64,000 bases of DNA, taken from assembly GCA_001662655.1 (NCBI GenBank), contig KV460218.1; one strand, 5' to 3'. This stretch comes from Pseudogymnoascus verrucosus. Lineage: Eukaryota. This document shows, in pieces, positions 12,848 to 27,302 of this stretch. Position 1 is the first letter of the stretch. Every line of letters starts with the position of its first letter. The translations under genes were made by a program, and so were the position numbers. The notes under the pieces are model-generated. The model was given only the letters and a program-made list of their open reading frames with translations, was not told the origin of the DNA and did no database searches.

Positions 12848-13460
12848 CGAATTGGCTAGAGATCTGTGACCGGGAATCAAGGGATGGTTGTTGGATGTAA
12901 TTATATTTGTTCGTGTTTGCGATGTGTCATGGATGCTGTCAGCAAATGCGGCAAGCGTCGGATCTGCAGCGCATGCATGGTGATTCGCAGTAAGATTCTA
13001 ACGAACAGTACTCGTGCCACCTAACAGTCAGGAGGGTGACTGTGCACAAAAATAATGGTTACTGGAACTATGATTGAAATGAAGAAGTACGATCGCCCAA
13101 ACCGACAATTAATAAGTTAGTTTCTCATAAGCACTCCTGCCGCCTAAAAGTATGAACGAGAAGCCACGCATGACAGCAACCTAGAGGCTTATAGCGTCTT
13201 ATAAACCTTGTTATAGCTTTAATTGTTCATAGCAACTGTAAATAAAATAGGGGATCTTAATAACTCAGTAACAGAGCTTTCTTATCAGCTAGTTGCCAAA
13301 AGGTCGTCGCCATCTCACCGCTACTACTTCAACAATGACGCATGATGTTTGTGATGAATTTATATTTGGTAAATTAGTGATTATGCCAGCTCGGGGCGGC
13401 TCACTTTAATCTTGTGAAAGTTAAAATTTATCTCTCGAATATTAACCTCTACTCGCATAA

Positions 13461-14759
13461 CTAATGGTGCTGCTGCTTCTTATTCGCCGAGAAGACGTAT
13501 TGCGCGCGCAGAACATATGGATCATCCGAAGGCCCGTAAATCTGCTTCTTGCTTCGCTGCCACTCCGGCTGGTTGATGGCATCAACCCAGTCCTCGACCT
13601 CCATGACGATGCATCCGTACGCTGGTACAGTGCGTCTGACATCGGTACCCTGAGTCGACTTTACGGGTAGAGTGCCTAGATAGATTATATTAGCTTGAGT
13701 TTCGTAAACAGTCACTGTTCAGGGGCCTCATACTATCGTAGTTGTTGCAGGTGTAGATCTGGAATGCCTCCTGCTCGCTGAAAATGTCAATTTGGATGCC
13801 GCTCCATGGGCTGCTGAGCACGGCCACTGGCTTAGAGTGCCAGTCGTATGGACCATCCTGTTCTCGGTTCACGAGGTAGCAGGTATCTATCAAGGGTTAT
13901 TAACGTGTCAGCGACTATAAGGCACCTACTCACCATATCCGGTGCAGCCTTCGCCACAGTTACCAACGAGATCAGGGGCCGTGAGATTGGCACCGAGCTG
14001 CTTTGGTGCGGACCAGAAATCGTTCACTGACCCCGGTTGGTTTGGGAGTATCGTTCCGTCTGGAATCAGGATAGAATCAACACCAACTCGCTGGCCAGAG
14101 TGTGGCAGCCACAGCGAATGGTTCAGGATTGTTCCTGTCCCGGGGTTCTGGAAACCGTCAAGGTTCCAGTAAGTGTGGCTACTCAGCATGATCGGGGTCT
14201 TCTTCGTGGTGGCGTGGGCAACCATGGTGATATCCCAAGTCAGATCATTTAGCGTGTAAGTAATATAGCTGATAACTTCTCCAGGAAAGCCTTGGTTTCC
14301 ATCCTCATCAGTGATGGTGAAGGTAATAGAGTTGCTCGTCTGTGCAGTAACATTGAATACACGGTGATCCCAGCCGTTTGGTCCTCCGTGAAGAGTATTA
14401 ACTCCATCTGGGTGCTCAGGGGTAGGGTGTTCATTTGGCAGGATGTTGTAGGTAACACCGTCGATATCAAAAGTAGAGTTCTTGATACGATTGGCATATC
14501 GGCCAGGCACGGAACCCCAATGCGCATGTATGGGGTCTTCCGCGTAGTAAGTGGCATTGTCGAAGCCTAGGACAACATCACGCTCACGGCCATCTGCATC
14601 TTTGACGAATAAGTTCGAGATACTAGCTCCGTAGGCTACAAATTGAGCTCGGAGACCCTTTGAGGAAATCGTGTATTTTCCATCCGAGTCTGGCCCAAGC
14701 CCTGTTGCAGCAGCTGGAGCCAGCAGAGAGGCAAGAAAGAGTAGATTTTTAGACAGCAT
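13461..14759 (-). CDS. Aldose 1-epimerase (galactose mutarotase family), predicted secreted
   Basis: Signal-peptide-like MLSKNLLFLASLLAPAAA. Motifs DVVLGF, GRYANRI, LHGG, GFPG, HTYWNL, DTCY, FQIYT, MEVE. Two introns near 13.89-13.93 kb and 13.69-13.73 kb. Confidence 0.92.
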
Positions 14760-15768
14760 CTTCAATGCAAATTGAGAAGATTCGAAAACAGCAGGACGCG
14801 GAGTTGGAAAGAAAAACAAACTGAAGAGGGGAAACAAGGAATATAACTCAAGCTCGGTAGGAGATATTCCAGCTAGACTCCAGGAACCGGACTCCCAGGG
14901 ATTACACTGCATCTTGGGAACCCTTGAACGAGCAATTTAGCAGAGGTTCGGGGTGCACTCCGAACCACATTCGGTGAAATCTCAATGCGGAATGATCAGC
15001 ACAAATGCGGGGCATTGAAGCTAAAGCTTACGCTTCCTTCACAAATCCCTGAATGCAGTGCAGTGTAGCTACGAAAAAAGGGCCGAGTAGCACATCACAT
15101 CAACGTATCTAGTCTGCACTATCCGCTTCCTTCGGATCAAAATGGTCTAAACAGCATGCAAGACAAAACAAGTATCATTATTCGTGGTTGCAATATAAAA
15201 ACAAATGATCATGCGGGTGTCAACGTTCCATCCAGCGGCAAGAACACACCCCACCGGAGCTAACGTCGGTCCGCCGTCACCGCGCCAAACCCCGCACTGG
15301 TTCCCCAACAACAAGCAAGCATCATTTGCTATATCCAAGGTTTAAGCCCAGGGGCATATGTAGTTGGCCGCTTAAATCTTGCGGAGTTATAATATCCGAC
15401 CACACTCTTCTATTGCAATTGCAGGGTTTAGATTAGTAAATAAGGCGTGGAATTGCTGGGTAATAAGCTGGAACGCGGTCTCATATTCACACTCCAAATT
15501 GCCCGTCTTCACGGTAAATTATCACAAGCCTAGATCCTCCATCTTTCCGCCCATTCACAGGGCTTCCATTGATTAGTTAGAAAGGCAATCGCCATAGTAG
15601 TAATTTAAGCTTTTGTGGGTTCACAATGGCATGCGGCAAATGGTCGCTAGTTACTTCATGAACCCGAGGCAAGTATTTAGCCTAAGTCAGATTTTATTGA
15701 ACTTACTGTCGCATCTACCTCTACATAAAAAGCATTTTGGCCCGCCCAGTTCCATATACGAGCATAAA

Positions 15769-18176
15769 TCAATATCGCAGGGAAGTTAAATCGTCAAATG
15801 AGTAGCCTCTTTCCGGGTAATTCAAATCCCACATGTCAGAGCTGGAAGTATCGCTGACGGCAGCCGAGAACATATCCGGAAAAGCTAACCCCGAGAGCTG
15901 TATTCCGTCCTCACTATCGAGTGATAATGGAGTGAAAGGTTGATATGCAAAAGCTTCGAGATCAAATGTCGACTGCTTCAGCGGTACAGAGAGGCCTCCG
16001 GTTACCGTTTGGCTTGATGTCTTCTCAACAAGTAGATTTTTAAGGCCGGTCCTCGCTGTGGTTGCAATATTCCACGAATATGACATCTCCAGGAGTGCAT
16101 CATCCAAGACGTACAGATCTTTTACTAGCGATCCTCGTCTCTCCCCGTCACAAAAGTCCATCATGGCGAGAATCGCGTCGGCTGCAGTGATACCACCGTG
16201 AACCAAGTTGAGGGGGACTTTGGTGAGGGTGTACTGTGACCGGAAACGTCGCAATATAGAGAGAACTATATCAACCGATGCCCCACAGATATCAACGGCA
16301 TCTGAGACTAGCTTTGGTTGGTTTGGTTGTGACTGTTCCCACAGCGGTTGGGGATTAAGGAGAAAAGGAAGATTCAGAGAAATTTGGGAGATGTGATAGA
16401 CCATGCTATTATTTGCGTTAGTCTTGGCCTATACAGCGATATAAAGCGATAAACTTACTGTAGAGCAGCAATACTTGGAATTACGGCGTCAGAGCATGAA
16501 CCCCAGCGATTCCAACGGAGTTCCCCAGGAAGAGTGCTGTGCCAACCCCAAAGTCTAGTGTTCAACTCGCTGATAGCCACTTCTGTCCAGCGACGAGTCG
16601 TTGGTTGCTGGGCCGATCCTTTAGATGAGAAATCTCTCGGAAGTAGAATGTCATGTATTATTTTAAACAGCTCCATTTGTTTTTCTGCTGGCGAAGTTGG
16701 ATCTGTGAGTGTTTCGGGTTCTTCTAGGTCCGACAAGCCGTTTTGTTCCAGCCAATGGTACCATATAGAGTGTGTTCTGTATATTGAGTTAGTGGGTTAT
16801 CATTATTTCTCGAAACCAAGAAATTTTACCTTTCAACCTCTTTACACCCCGTCGATTGGGCCTGCTTGGCAATTACAGGCAACCTGCCTAACACTTGACT
16901 TATCATTCTGGTGGATGGTTAGTCTTGCACGACTGCAAAATGCGCAAACAGGGGCAACTTATCGGATTTATAACAGTTTGCAAACGTACGCCGTCGAGAG
17001 TCAATATCTCGCGGGGTACTCGGGTTTCCGTGACTACTATCGTTTAGTTCTTCACACATCCTAAATGCGATACCTTGAACTCGTCAGCTTTGCAAGTTGT
17101 TAAATCAGAACCTGGGCTGTCATACCAGAGAGCATCCACGCCTGCGTGAAGTTGCCTTGGCCGATTTGGTAGAAGGAGCATAGGGTGAGAGTCTGAATAG
17201 AAGACTCTTGAGGTTCTAGTAATCCTCCTGACTCGAGGCTTCGGACAGCGGCATCGTAGAAGCATCCAGCAAGGTCTCTAATCGTCTTTTCCGGAGATAG
17301 CAAAGCCCCAAGTGCACAGATACTGAATTCTAGACTTCTAGAGGAATTCTTGCTGGTATACGAATGGTTCAAGAAGCCCAGCAAGAACTTGTCGCGATCA
17401 ACAAACATACACTGCGGGTAGTGCCATCGGAAGAAAAGCGCCACACACTCGGCGATAACATGACCACCAACTTCAGTTTGGACATCGACATGGGCTGGTT
17501 TATACGGTGTAGAGAAATGTATGGACGGATGTTCGGCAGCTGATTTCAGAACTTTCGAGTTTCGAAGGCTACTGGGTCCAGGGTAGTTTGTTTGTCCTGC
17601 AAGTTAAATCGTTAGATAGTTCCGAATCAACCGGTCGAGAATGGGTGTTTGCCTTACTGTCTTGACTGGGAGCAACTACCCCACCCCAGTGACTGCCGTC
17701 AGAACTTGGCGAAGCAACAGAGCCTGCATCCTGATACACTGGGTTTGGAGATTCAAATCCGAAATTGACGGAATCATTGGTGGCACCATGATCGGAGTTC
17801 CCAGCTGGGTTTATCTCATGCAAGAGACTCTCTAATGCGCCAACTCTATCCTCCAAAGCATTCACATACTCGCGCGAGATTGGGGCACGCTTCATTCCAT
17901 CGCCTCGAAACTCACACCGCACTCCTGCCGCGGTACAGCGTTGACATGGAGAAGTTCTTGAGCATTTTATCTGCAAAATCTTAGAAAAATATCACATAGG
18001 TAGAGGTATGGGCGCATGTAGGGAAGTTTGTGGATGGTGAGACTCACTTTACGATCTTGACACCGCTTGCACCTGGAATTCCAGAGTCAGTGAGTGATAG
18101 ATACTTCGACTACTACCAGAGATAATTTGTAAACTTACGAGACTCGCCGCCTTTGGTCAACCTGTTGTTTATTCAT
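15769..18176 (-). CDS. Zn(II)2Cys6 transcription factor with fungal middle homology region
   Basis: Exon 1 18176-18139 plus 25-nt exon 18072-18048 plus exon 3 rebuild CKRCQDRKIKCSRTSPCQRCTAAGVRC. Downstream LFFRWHYP...AWMLSGIAFRM typical of the fungal TF domain. Several introns; internal boundaries partly approximate. Confidence 0.85.
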
Positions 18177-18791
18177 TGTTATCTGTTATACTTCAGATAT
18201 AACGCCTTGCATGTACAACGAAAAATGGCCAAAGGAAAGTATGAAGGAGAAGTAAAGTATCCACGGCGGTGGCTGCCCCAAAACAGGCTTGGCAAAGCTG
18301 ATCCAATCGCCATATCAATTGCCCAGCACGCAATCTATATCAGTGCACACCCCTCACTGATAACAGACAGATAACAAGGAGCCATCAATCAACTTAGTAA
18401 GCTACATAAAGCACAGCCAGCCAACCAGAATTTTGAAAATAATCAGTCAATAAACAGTTCAAATACTTCCAAGTATGGTAAGGATACTGGTTCGTGTTGG
18501 ACTGTTTCTATCATGGCATTTTTATTAATTGCAAGCATTTTTCATCGCAACTATACAGCGTTGATTTTTGGCCAGGTTATCACCAATAATCTCACATTAT
18601 TCCTTTGATGATACCAGGAAATGATTTTATCATATCAAGGCGAGTTGCTCAAACTGCCATATTTGAGGCCCAGAAACTGTGATAAAAATTATCGCTAAAA
18701 TCTAACGTATAATCCAAGTAACACCGGCTGAATAATAATAACACTACGCCTGAGAATATATTCTTGGTTCCCAAAGTTCCAAACGAGATAT

Positions 18792-20819
18792 CTAATGAAC
18801 AAATCGGACATTGAGTCGTCGAGAACCAGTATCCGTTGTAGTCTCCATATACGTCGACTTTTCCGAGTCACTCAACTTATTCCAGCTCCTCTCTTTCGCC
18901 TGGTTACGTTTGACGTAGTATAACTTCGCAAGAACAAAGATTGCAATGTTGGCGGAACAGAGGCCAAGGAGCACCTTGTTTCCGGTGTAATCTGGGCAGG
19001 AATTAGCACTATGTAATAACCATAGAAGGAAAAGCCGGGTACGCACAGTATGGTTTATCATTGTCGCGGTAAATGTTTGCGGCAGCGATGGAGCCGAATT
19101 GGTAGCTCATGTTGTAAAGTGCAGTCGAGACGGCTCGAGTTGCGACGCTGTTTGCATTTCGAGAAATCATGCCAACTAAGATTGCATGGGCTATTAAAGT
19201 CAGAGGTGACACTAATGTTAATGTTGTTCTGAGGGACTTACTATATGGTATTCCATTGACTCCTGTCAACAGAGCGTATCGTACCCAAGGGCTTGCAGAC
19301 ACCGGAATAGTAACAAGACCGACGAAGAATGGGAACATCCAGATGTTACTCCAAGCACTGATCAACATCCTCTCATTAAATTTCTCACTGACCCAAACAA
19401 CCACCAAGACCTGAATGAAGGGGTCAGAAATCTCTCCTGGAACATTGACGCGAGATACTTACATTGATAAAGAAGAGAATAAATCCAGGAATCGCAAGGA
19501 CGTTGGCTTCGAAAACTGAGTATCCCAGATTCTTCAAAGTTAGAGATAGATAGCTCGCAGTGGGCTGGTAAGGCAAGAATGCAAGAACGCCGAGCTAGGA
19601 ACTGTTAGCACACCATATCACACTACAACAGTCAGCAACAGGCAATACTAACAGTATAAATAGGCCAAAGGTCAACATCCTTCAGCGCCTTCCACAGACC
19701 CTTGAGGTCGACATGCTGCCTGTTGTTCATATCCCCCTTTGTTGGATCGTCTCGCAGAATTCGATTCACCAGAATGCCTTCCTCACGGGGAGTGAACCAG
19801 CCATTCTTCCCGTTCAGAAAGGACGCCTTTCCGCGTAATATATTGCTCGTCTCCGTAATACTGGCAGGCATAACAATGAATGTTATAAGCCCCACAACAA
19901 TACTCATAAGACCTTCGATAAGGAAGAGCCAGCGCCAGCCTGCCAACCCCGCAATACCTCTCATGGCCAGAAATCCGCCGGCCAATAACGATCCGATAAT
20001 CTGTGTCAACGGGATAGCTGTGTAGAAGAATGAGATGCGAACAGGGAGCTCATTGGATTTGTAGAAATAGGATAGGTATAGAATCATCTCGGGAATGAAG
20101 CCGCCTTGTGAGAAGCCGAGGACGGCGCGTGTGATATAATACCCTGTTCGGTTCTTGATGAGGCACTGGCAGGCACTGATGGTTCCCCAGGTAATGACAG
20201 CAAATGGAGTCATTATATCCGGACCGATTTTCTTTGATAGTAACCCTCCGGGTAGCTCTGCGGCTAGGAAAGTGAAGAAGTAGATTGTTTGGCCATTGTT
20301 GAAGTCATTAGTGTTCATGCCAAGATCACCGAGCTGCATAGAGCTGTTAGAGAAAGCTTAACCAGATAGCTCAATTGTGGGGACAAACCAGATTATCAGA
20401 AAGAGCACGATTGATGTTTCTTCTATTTAGATCAAGACTTGAAAACACTATCCAGACCCAGAGCATGATTCGAAGATCAAGCTACAAAATATCAATAACA
20501 TGTTTTCAACAATATAAGGAGAACATACTTTGCGGACTAGCCTCTTCTCCTCAGTCGAGTCCCATTGAAGCAAGGCATCGAATCTATGACGCCCTTCATA
20601 CTTTGCAGCCTCATAGACACCGGTCCAATAGCCTAAGTTTCCAGAATCCGAGAAGATGTGCTGCTCTGTCGAGCCGTAGTTTGCATTCTTATGCTCCTTA
20701 GCGCCGCTGTCAATCTCGTCGTCGGTAATGGAAGCAGATATCGAGCTCGGGTTCGAGTTATCAACCTCAGTATGAGTTGGCTTAGTAGATTTCTCGTCTG
20801 GGTAACTATTCACTGCCAT
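18792..20819 (-). CDS. MFS transporter, allantoate permease (Dal5/ACS) family, Soa1/AstA-like sulfonate/sulfate transporter
   Basis: YEGRHRFDALLQWDSTEEKRLVRK, LDLNRRNINRA, AAELPGGLLSKKIGP, GWRWLFLIEG, RILRDDPTKGDMNNRQ, NIYRDNDKPY. Multi-exon. Subfamily call from recalled N-terminal motif. Confidence 0.85.
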
Positions 20820-21766
20820 GTTTAATTGCCGCGTTGGTTTGGCTTCTATCACTTAATGACCAGAGGATCGTAATCTCAACAATATTATTATATCAAATAC
20901 ATGGACTTCAAATGTTTATACACGCCGTCGTATCCAACCCCCCGTCAACCCCAACGCCCCTTGAAGCGCCATGCTTATCTTCACAGCGCTGAACGCGCAC
21001 TCACCACTGACGCCAGCATCAATGGGACATCAAGTCGCAATCAACCCTCCCATATTCGCAATCCGCTGCGACCTTCACTGTCTCGTGTTTCGATAAATCG
21101 GGTTATCAATGTAAGAGTTGTTGGAAAATTTGGCTATCACGCCAGTGTGGATCATCCAAGTGCTTGGTCCCGCGTTGGCGGACTTGGACTCCTATCTTAG
21201 GCGCGGAGTTGAAGTCCATTAGCGTGGAAAGTTTAAAACTCCCCCCATGTTAAACCCCGAGTTATCGAGTTAATTGGACTTGGCGGAAACCTTGTCAGTA
21301 AGTGAACCCTAGAGGTTTCTCCACAGTGTTTGTTGAGCACGTTTTTGAGATCATCATGTAGGGCTCAGTGCTTCGTGTGCCGGCGTCCGGCCATGAAAAC
21401 CCCACGAGTTCACATGTTAACCCCAACATCACTCGGCCAGAGTCCAGGTATAATAACTTTGAGCTAATAGTATTTCTCTCTCACACTCTATTTTTGAGTA
21501 ATTGATAGAATAATTATATCCTCTAGTAATTAAAAGTATTTTTCCATTACAATTCTTGTAATTACTGTAGTAATATCAAGGGACTATTCACTCGGACTCT
21601 TTTATAACTAGGCCCCTCTTTTATTCCAATGCGATATATTTTAGAAAATTATTTAAATTCTAAAATATTTTCATTCATAGCGGTCGTATGCTCCCATAAT
21701 ATGTACTCATAGAACAGCCTCTATTGCGAATCATAGTCCAAACAAGCATCCCCCTATAAGATCTTA

Positions 21767-23560
21767 TCAAGAACGATTGAGACTCCTTCCCCGTGCGAAG
21801 AATGCCGAGATAAGAGCAATCACCGTCACCACAGTGGTCGCAATAAAAGTGTATTTCAGTGCTTCATAATACACTTGTCTGGCGATTGCTTGGACGTCAG
21901 GAGGCAGATCTTTGATCACTGTGACGCTGTGTCGGATCTCGTCCAGTATCTAGGATACAGTTGTCAGCCATTGGGACATTTAGAGCTTCGCCTTCAGTTC
22001 CAGACACATACCTTGTCTTTGTTGGGTATCCCTTCTAGCGCTATTGGCAGCCGTGTCGACAGAATATTCTGAATCAGAGTCGACGAGGCGGCAACTCCCC
22101 AGACTGTGCCCACGGAGCGGAAGAGATACACCATTGATGTCGCTACAGCTTGATCTTTGTGCTCAAATGCAGCTAGAAACGTGAATAATATGCTGGGATA
22201 TGCAATCCCTTGGCCAAAATTGGCTGGGAATAGATATACCAGATACTTCCACTTCGAATCATGGAATTCGAAAGATGCAACTAAAGCATTCCCAAGTATC
22301 ATGAAGAAGCAGCCAGTTCTCACTAATTCACTCAGTCGTCCATAACGCGACATGATGTAGCCAGCAACTACACCTCCAACTGGGGTGCCTAGGGATGGGA
22401 TAACGAGGCGCATCCCAGCTTCGGAGGGGGTGTCGAGGAGTACAACTTGGAAAAATAGCGGTAGTATGAAAAGAAACTAAGAAGGCGTCAGTGATGAGGT
22501 TTCCGAGCGAGACTTGTTACTTACAGCATACGCGGCCATCCCAACGCACACATTGCTGATCTGATTCGAGATGGCAAGTGTTCCCCGGAGCATACTCATT
22601 GGCATTACCGGAATTGCTTCCGTGCGCGACTCGACAACGACAAAGGCTGCAAGAAGCACCACACTGATAGCTAGAGAAGCAATGACTCTAATATCTGACC
22701 ATGGATAATTATTACCACCCATACTCAATGCCGCAAGCTGCGCCGACAGCCCCAAGACCAGCAAGAAAGCACCGCTCAAATCGATCTGTTTCCATGTCGA
22801 AGTCTTCGGCTTAACCAGCCCCTCCTGATCATTCTCCACAAATGTACTCGAGTGAAGGTCCTTGACGACGAAATACCCAACCACACACGCAAAAGCTGAG
22901 ACAGGCACTTGACACATAAAACACCACCTCCATCCGATAGTATCTGCGATGACCCCCCCAAGACTGGCACCGCATATAGACCCGAAGCCGTGTAGCACGT
23001 TCTGGCAAGCCTGGTACATTCCTCGCTCCCGAAATGGGATCATATCCGAGTTAATGATCGTAGCCATTGTCATGAGCCCGCCGCCGCCGAGCCCGGTCAA
23101 GGCGCGCATCAGATTCAAAGACACGAGGTCAGGCGCGAGGGCGCAGCCGAGGCAGCCAACGAGAAAGGTCAGTGTGGCGGTGAAGAAACATACTCGGCGT
23201 CCTAGGATATCGCTGAATCGCCCGTAGAGGGGTTGGAAGGCAGTAGAGGTGACTAGGTAGGAGGTGGTGAGCCATGAGATCGTGTTGGCGGCGTTGAATT
23301 CCGAGCCGATTACTGCGTAGGTTGATGCCGTGATCGTTCCATCGAAGCCGGAGAGGAAGACGTTTGAAAATATTGCTGTAAATAGTTAGCCTCTGGCGAG
23401 TGGCATCTGAAGGTCTGTGTTAAGTAATACCGATTTCGATCCAGATGAACCCTGCTGGGGGTTTCCAGGTTGACTTTGTAGGGCTGGCGATTGCAACATT
23501 GCTGAGCAGCGGTTCTTGCTCCCCATTTAAAGTTTCGTAGGTATCATGACGGCGGTCCAT
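21767..23560 (-). CDS. MFS transporter, DHA2/Vba (vacuolar basic amino acid or multidrug) type
   Basis: FLSGFDGTITASTYAVIGSEF, SWLTTSYLVTSTAFQPLYGRFSDILGRR, RALTGLGGGG, GWRWCF, FRSVGTVWG. Three introns; last exon ends ARGRSLNRS*. Confidence 0.88.
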
Positions 23561-24419
23561 TTGTTCCTGCGGTCCAGCCTCTCAACATATCCCCGTCCTG
23601 ATTATTTGAATAGAAGCCAAAGAAACGAAATATAGATCCGAAAAAGTTGTTTGGAGAACGCCGAGGGGAGAGTCGCCAACACAACGAGTATTAAACGCGA
23701 CAAGTAGAAAAATAGATTTTACAAAAATCCGAGAAAGATAAGAAACAAACCTACGTCAATCAACCACCCCGGTAATTAATCCTGCCATGCCAGCGTGTAA
23801 AACGTGTTGCATGCATTAGCCCTCGTGCTCTGATCGTGTCGCGGACAGACGCACGAGGCGAAAGTGGAGAGAAGCGGACACGAAGTCCACAAGCGCCGAT
23901 ATCGTCTTGATCACAGATCGTGCTAACGGAGTCGAACTCCACCCCCATGAATTGCGTCAGAATGCTTAAGATGGTATAATTGGCATGTTGACTTTTTTGA
24001 ATTATATTGGATATGCATGTGTTGTGAGGCACGGAGTCCAAGTCCGTTTGGTGAGGCCAATCATGCAGGACCCGGCGATGAACCCCGCGTCCCGGTTTGC
24101 GGAGGCGAAGTCCTTGAAGCTATCACGTCAAAGCAGCTCATTTTGACAAGTCAGCGATGTGGTGATCGATGAGCTTCAGAGATGTGGGTTAGTGGGGTTT
24201 TTTTTGGAGGGGTAGTATGTTGGCAAATGAAGGTATTTAGCTATTCGCTGATGCTCTCAAATATCTTCAAGGTGAGCGTACTTTCGTGACTGTTCTTGTC
24301 ATTGATTTAAAAAAATCGAAGCTCCCATTCCCCCCATAAATCCTTCTCAATATCAATGTTAGTATCTATAAGCTTTACCCCGCCCCCAAAAGTTCAGCAG
24401 CTGATCAAGAACCTACAGC

Positions 24420-26181
24420 ATGAGTCCCACGAAGACAGGGCTCGGAAGCCTCATGAAGCTTGCTCTAGGCTTAGCAGCCGTTCCACTCGTCGCTGCAGAC
24501 TGGCAATTCAAATCCCGTCCAGATCTTGCCCCGCCAAAGCTCAACATCACCATCCCCGCCACCGCAGATGTTGAGAGCGGCTACATCTTCATTGCACCAT
24601 TCGCCGGTTTCCCAGAAGGCACGCGCCACGGACCGCTCCAAGCCGCCCCTTACATCTTCACAGACACCGGCGACCTCGTCTGGTCTGGCTTTACATATTT
24701 CTCCATCTGGGCCACCAACTTCCAAGCCGGACGGTACAAGGGAAAGGATGTCCTGTTCAGTTTCGAGGGAAGTCATAATGCGGCGTACGGACATGGACAT
24801 GGTCACACTACTTTCTTGGACCAGAATTACAACACCATCCGCGAGCTACGCGCGGGTAACCACAGGTTGACTGATAAGCACGAGTTCATCATCATCAACG
24901 AGAAGACCGCTCTGATCCAGATCTACCACCCTGTTCCGTATGATCTTTCACCATACGGCGGATCCCCAGAGCAACAGTGGATCGTCGACGCAAGATTCCA
25001 AGGTAAGACCCCACTCCAGTCACATGTATCAAGAACTTAAACTAACAACCCCAGAACTCGACATTGAATCCGGCGAAGTCCTCTTCGAATGGAGCAGTCT
25101 CGAGCACGTCTCCCCCTCCGAAGCCTTCCTCCCCCTCAACCCCGGCCAAGCCGGCAGCGGCTACAACTCCTCCGACGCCTGGGACTACTTCCACATCAAC
25201 AGCGTCGACAAGGACGACCAAGGGAACTACCTCATCTCGGCCCGCGACGCCAACGCAGCCTACAAGATTGATGGCCGAACTAGCGAGATCCTCTGGCAGC
25301 TTAGCGGGAAGTCGACTGACTTTGAGCTTGGGGAGGGCGTGGAGTTCGCGTTCCAGCATCATGCGAGGTATTTGAGTCGATCGGAGGATGGGAAGAAGGA
25401 GGTTATTTCTATTTATGATAACTCGGCTCATGGGACTGAGAATGGACGTGGTGGAGAGGTGCATTTCAACGCTACGTCGGCGGGGAAGATCATCGAGGTC
25501 GATACCGAGAACTGGACCGCTACGCTGGTGCAGGGTTTCTACCCACCTGATGACCTGCTGTCCAAATCGCAAGGCTCGACGCAGGTCCTGCCCAACGGTA
25601 ACGTGTTGGTGAACTGGGGCTCTGAGGGTGCCATCACAGAGTACAAACCAAATGGCGAGCCAATCTTCCACTTCTACATGGACTCCGGCAGCCTAGGCGA
25701 GGGCGTCGAGAACTACCGCGGCTTCCGATACAACTGGACCGGCATCCCGCACGAGGCACCAGCAGTTGTAGCGCTCAACGATGACGACGAGGGAGAGACC
25801 AGCATCTATGTTTCTTGGAACGGCGACACGGAGACGAAGCACTGGCGCTTTTACGAGATTTATGCGAATGGCAAGCGTGAGTTGCTGGGGACGGCGAAGA
25901 GGGAGAGCTTTGAGACTGTGTTGACGGTTGAAAGGACGGGGATTAGGAGTGTGCAGGTTGTGGCGCTGGGGGCGGAGGGGGAGAAGTTGGTGGAGTCGTC
26001 GGTTGTGAAGCCGGATGTGTTGATTCAGGAGTATAAGGGTGAGAGTGTTAAGAGCAGTAAGGGAAGTAAGAGCGGAGGCAAGAGCAGCACCAGCACGAAG
26101 GTTGAGAAGCCATGCGGTGGGGGGTTCATGGGTTGGTTGATGTTCAAGGGACAGAAGATCATCAGGCCTCAAGACTTGTAG
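24420..26181 (+). CDS. Arylsulfotransferase (ASST family), predicted secreted
   Basis: Intron 25003-25054. Motifs FKSRPDLAPP, DKHEF, WDYFHINSVDK, YLISAR, FQHHAR, SQGSTQVLPNGNVLVNWG, YRGFRYNWTG. Signal peptide from ATG 24453 (MKLALGLAAVPLVAA). Confidence 0.92.
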
Positions 26182-27302
26182 TCTCGTATACGGACCCCGA
26201 GTTTATGTAGTGTAGTAGCTATGCCGAGAATTTGATACCATGAGTTAGTTAGCTGACCGAGTGTCCTGATGTTGCTATGTTATGTTACGGTTCTCATGCT
26301 CTGATGTTTCTTCGTAATGTTACTGTACAGGTCCTGATGTTGGTATGTGATGTTACAGTCTTACAGGCTCCCAGCTTCTCCCCGCATCCCCACACTACAT
26401 CCAAGTGAACGGACCAACACCAGGCCGCCTTGGTTGCTCTTTGTTGTCGTATAGCGGATCCTTCTGTCCCTCCTCCGTCCAATCAACATCCCACACAGCC
26501 TCGGCCCAGGTGTCTCCGTCGCGCAGCCAGTTTCCAGCATTTCAGGGTCCCTCACCTCGGGACTATGCGGGGTACTCGGCGCGGTACTCGGAGCGGTACC
26601 TCACCGGCTACCAACCACCACACGCGACACTAAGTACCTGCTTTCTTTTTCCCGGTATCAAACACTTTCTGTTCTGTAACTGTACATACATAAGAGACAT
26701 AAGAGACATTTCCATAAGCAGCAAGAGGCAAGACATTGATCCTCTCGTGCAGCTGTGCATAACGGACTTTACGCGCCCACCTGGTTAAATACGGTAGCTA
26801 TCGGCCCGCGAGGCTATTTGCTCCTTCTCCCCCACACGAGCGACGTGTTGGCGACGACGACAACGAGGATAACGACGAGACTGAGCTGCGAAATCTGAGA
26901 TGATAGCTCCGATTGCGAAGAGGAGAGTTTGATATACCTGAGTGCTGCCGCGGGATTGTTGCTCTGAGACGCCGGTTTAGCTAGACTGCCATGCGAGTGA
27001 GCTGCTGAGAGAGAGCTTGATACCCTGTTGGCCACGCCGCCGGATACACGACTCTCCACTCTAACACAGCTCAGATAAGAAGGTAAGCATATGGAGAAAT
27101 TGCGACTGGGCTTGTTCTAACTTTCAGCAGTAGTAGATACGCTCAGAAACTCTCAAATCTCCACTCAGCCCAATAAGTCGTTTTCTACATGACCAAGAAT
27201 ACACAGGCACCCCGCCCATAGACTATCCGCCTTCCACCAAGGACTACGACCAAATTTTCTCTTACAGCTTGAATATAGAAGCTCACATCCTCTGTTTTAA
27301 CC

